A stretch of 64,000 nucleotides of DNA, taken from assembly GCA_964016885.1 (NCBI GenBank), contig OZ024744.1, positions 65,968,001-66,032,000 of the forward strand, read 5' to 3'. The DNA comes from Eledone cirrhosa. Its lineage: Eukaryota. This document shows positions 63,400 through 64,000 of this stretch, piece by piece (the first letter of the stretch is position 1; each line of letters starts with the position of its first letter). The notes beneath the pieces were generated by a model. It searched no databases. It worked only from the letters and a program-made list of their open reading frames with translations, and was not told the origin of the DNA. The position numbers were made by a program, and so were the translations under genes.

Positions 63400-63504
63400 C
63401 ATCACCAACACCACCACTATACTACTACCATCACCACCACCACTACTACCACTACCACTACTACTACCACCACCACCCCTACTACTACCATCACCACCAC
63501 CACC

Positions 63505-63590
<86 letters not shown>
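63349..63590. repeat. (CAC)n/(TAC)n/(TGC)n microsatellite
   Basis: Direct inspection. Confidence 0.95.
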
Positions 63591-63591
<1 letters not shown>

Positions 63592-64000
63592 ACTTATTCG
63601 ATATATACTATGGGTTGGTAGTCGAAGGAAACAGTTAAGCATTACCTAGAGCAGTCATGAGTAAACTGTGGCCCGTTTGGCTTTCTGAATGTCACGCCTA
63701 ATTTCAAAATTGTCTTTGAAGAACCACATACTATGAGGTCCACTGCTCGAGAGTTGTGGCCCATGCTCTCCACCTGACAGTTCTTTTTAAGGTATTTGCG
63801 ACGTTGCATGCTTCGGATGCTTGCTGTGTGAGGATTGAGCTTTGGTTTCAAGTCTGTCTATCTGTAACCCGTACAGCTACGTTTCATCTCTATTTATCAT
63901 GATACTCAGGAATTCAGCTTCCTTGTTAGCAGTATCGGGCGAAATGAAAATGCGACGAGTAATAAGGGCGGTGGAAGCATTTCTGATATTGTAGGGTGGG

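Noticed and set aside
63642-63851. 69-aa ORF as a possible upstream KIF26 exon
   Set aside because: No kinesin motif such as FAFDAVF; partly overlaps a hAT-like remnant

Overview
Repeat-saturated, AT-rich animal genomic DNA, most consistent with an octopod cephalopod (inferred from the tRNA-SINE families, RTE LINEs and (TA)n load; not confirmed). Only one host exon was recognised: a 94-bp minus-strand exon of a kinesin-11 (KIF26-like) motor domain at 59291-59384, so most of the window is probably intron. Nearly all long I/Y/H/T-rich ORFs in the track are microsatellite artefacts. Real coding sequence comes from retroelements: two RTE LINEs (one full length with a single frameshift, one with a PHD-like finger), Penelope-like (GIY-YIG) remnants, a decayed Tx1/L1 LINE, an R4/Dong-like fragment and CRE-like fragments. 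There are also about 25 SINEs, hAT/Tc1-mariner MITEs and Helitron-like remnants. The most notable hidden layer is about 20 hammerhead ribozyme (HHR) motifs from several families. Most lie in short non-coding fold-back (palindromic) elements embedded in (TA)n tracts, with compensatory stem changes, family-specific fold-back points and one tandem retrozyme-like pair with a 363-nt spacing. All calls and coordinates were made by eye.
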